From positions 18,386,150 to 18,450,149 of the forward strand of contig NC_134026.1 in the NCBI RefSeq assembly GCF_964204645.1: DNA of 64,000 nt, given 5' to 3'. The notes under the pieces are model-generated. The model had not been told where the DNA came from, did not search any database, and worked only from the letters and a program-made list of their open reading frames with translations. Every line of letters starts with the position of its first letter. Position 1 is the stretch's first letter. A program made the position numbers and the translations under genes. The stretch is from Tubulanus polymorphus (taxonomy: Eukaryota; Animalia; Nemertea). Of this stretch, positions 60,915 through 64,000 are shown in pieces.

Positions 60915-62125
60915 CTTGCAGCTGAACGCTTTTTTTCACATGAGCAAGAGTCCACATGACAGATCCCTGAAATGTCTAAATGACCATATTATTTTTGTTG
61001 TATGTAAGTGCAGGGGCAGATCGAAGCTGGAAGAAGGGTTCATCTTTTATGAAAAGGGCACTTTTCCTTGTCCTTGGTGTCACAACAAGCCCGAAGTGCA
61101 TGCAGGGACTGGAACCCCCAAACTTGGAAGAATTTTGGTACATTTTTATGCAATTTTAGTGCATATTAGATCAGAATCAGTACAGGGCATAAGAATCCTA
61201 TGTCAAAATGACACTTGGTCAAGAGGGTTCAAATCTCCCAATCAAGTATGTCCAACAGTGATTGATGTTCAGAAACAAACTGTGATATTGGCAGGCAGTG
61301 TGAACTAACTGCTCCATACTCGACACCCGATCTTCAATTCTGAACAATCAACCACTGAAAAGCTCTATTGCCAACGAGATATCTCTTATAACGCAAAGCA
61401 ACTGGGCACATCACTGTATTGTTGTCACGGTGGCAGTGAACGAGATAACAACAGTTGAAAAGAACAAAAAACAAAACGCTTGTATATTATTTAAATATTA
61501 AAATTTATTTTCAATAATTATTGATAGTTTCTTTGAACTGAACACTGATTTACAAACTATTTACAGGCGGTATGATTTTCTTTAGTTACAAGTTCAACGA
61601 TAAAAGCCAGTTTTACGTAACCAGGCTACCATTGTACCGACAATTATAACACATAAGTCACAATACTAACAATTTCACAATAAACGAACAATTACTGATG
61701 AATATTTTCGTAACTTAAAAAAATCGCTTTTATACACAATATAAACAACAGACTGAAATATTATCAATATATATTATATACCGTATATACTTCATATAGG
61801 CGCGTAATAATCAAAATTACGTCCACTATTCTTTTTTAAATAATGAATAATACAAAACTATTTAAATACCAAAGATATTTGATGACATCATTGCGTTACT
61901 TTCACAAGTTTCCTCGAAATAATATCAATATTAATCATCGCGAATTCCAAATATATAAAACATTTTTACACAACACTTTTTTTTGCAAGAAATCAATTGT
62001 TGTTCAGCAAATATCTACTAGCTCAGATTGTATGTATTAAAATATTCTCTGCTTTTATTATTTATCTATCATTGTTTTGTCAAATATACCATGTGTATTT
62101 ACAGATAGAGGGGGCACAAGGGCGA

Positions 62126-62166
<41 letters not shown>
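62126..62166. repeat. (GAT)n microsatellite
   Basis: Directly visible. Confidence 0.95.
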
Positions 62167-62167
<1 letters not shown>

Positions 62168-64000
62168 AACCACTGAAGACTTTCTACAACGAATTGTCAT
62201 CTGTTTATATACATTTCATTCTGTACACTGTGATGACGATAATATCAATCTAAATGTTTATTATTACCATAAGAACGTACGCGACGTCTTTGTTTTTGCA
62301 TATAGCTTACGACGAAATGAGAGAAATGTCCCGCGTCGATAGCCTGCTGCCCCCCACGAACACGAAGCTATAAGGTAGACTACCTAAGCATTTTTTGGCA
62401 GCTTACCTCATGATAAAATACACATTATTGCGCACGCATATTATGTCTACGTACGTAACAATGCCCTAAATGCTTTGGTGTGATAGTTTATATTTTACAG
62501 TGTGAATTGTATCCCCCTTTCTGTACTCACGACTGATATATCTATCAAAATCCCATCCCTACTACTTTTCAGATACAATATACAATGAGTCAAGCACTCA
62601 CACATAAAAAAAATCTCTCATCACTCACAAATTAGATCTATGCTGCTCTACTGACACATACTAGAAATTATATACTCATATGCATTTCTTATCATTACCA
62701 TTGTAGTTATATCTTTATATTATTATAAATATTAGTATTATCATGTTCATCATCATTACAGTATAACTATAAGTATATCACAGTTTATTTTATGACTTTA
62801 AACAACTCCACGATAATTCAGTATTCAGTTTTTTCCCTCTCCTCTCCATTGGGGTAGCTCCAAGGGAATTGAAAAATGCAGTAAATTTACTTGATTTTAA
62901 ATACACTGGAGCAATGAGAAGGTAAGAAATGGTTTGGTTTATGCTGGCAGAAAAATCATATTGATAGTATTTACCAAAAGTATGTCGATCAAAGACAGGT
63001 GGAACAGGTAAAAGTTCCTGTTTTCTATGATTTGGATCAAGTGCCTCAGTTCCTAGTTGAGATCGACTCCATCCAGATTTCAAGTTAGTTCATTTCTAAT
63101 GTTTGCTACTGGGGTTTGGCTCTCAAATGAAAAACATAAAATTTCAAATGTACCGCAGTCACAACATTGTGATAATCCAGACTGACATATTTGAAATATT
63201 TGATGGGGTTGACCGAAGTGAATTCATAGGCAATGTGTACGGAAGCGTTCTTTGAAACTATTATTCATAATTCTTTGCTTGGTGAAACTACTCTTTTGGG
63301 GTTCCCATAGACCAATATATACAATTATATGCCAATATAACAGTAAATAATTTTTCTTGGTCAACAAGCTTCGATCAGTGAATGTTTAGTTAACCCGTTT
63401 CGCTGCTTATGACATTTTGCAATTGTAGTATGAATGACACCTGCTGTGCGTACAACATTTCTACCATTTCTACCACGCACCTATTGATTTTGAGCTTGAA
63501 CACCACAGAGCGAACAGTTCAGAAACGCATGTGAGACAATTTTTGTATGAAACTAAATCGAAAATCCTAGAATCTTTTTTGTAAAATGATCCAATACGCA
63601 CCGGACAGCGCAAGTGCATACATGCAGTGTAAGGGATAAATAAGGCTATGCATTGTTCTAGAGGTAAAGCTTGACCATATACATCCGACATTTGAACCTA
63701 CTTAGTATTTTACCGCATAATTCAAAGACTGATCATAGTTTTACAATAGAAATCATATTACTCGGCAGCATTTCAACCAAATATGAAACATTTCGCAGGA
63801 TACCAAGTAAAGCTGAAAAACCATTCAATTCGCCTATGAAAGTTTCAATGACTGATATGAACCAATTTTTCAAGGAAAACGACTGGTAGTCTACTGGGTA
63901 GAAATTGACAGAGTACAGGGGTAAGCAAGTGCCTGGTAATGGAGCTGAGAATGCACAAGTTTTTTTTAAATAGTTGTATAATAGTTATAGTACAGACGGC

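Noticed and set aside
61500-64000. Possible 3' UTR of a convergent minus-strand gene (TTTATT near 61504)
   Set aside because: No coding exon found in the window to support it.

Overview
AT-rich, intron-rich animal genomic DNA (probably an invertebrate; the repeat types resemble those of lophotrochozoans, which is an inference). Two complete spliced genes lie on the + strand. The first is ceramide glucosyltransferase UGCG (9 coding exons, 246..21080, 399 aa). The second is a TTC39A/B-family TPR gene (18 coding exons, 33179..56201, 624 aa) with two further candidate alternative first coding exons. Between them, at about 29985-31963, is a very AT-rich relic of an endogenous DNA virus or Polinton-like element. 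It has a 414-bp nested imperfect palindrome, an intact 121-aa ORF and a disrupted gene resembling a minor capsid (penton) protein, which is split by a young TA-flanked foldback element. Introns and intergenic DNA hold many non-autonomous elements: Helentron-associated (HINE-like) repeats, Harbinger-, piggyBac-, Tc1/pogo- and hAT-like MITEs, a LINE 3' end, a SINE-like element and a Penelope-like inverted repeat with a minimal hammerhead core. Protein family calls come from recalled motifs and manual translation, not from database searches.
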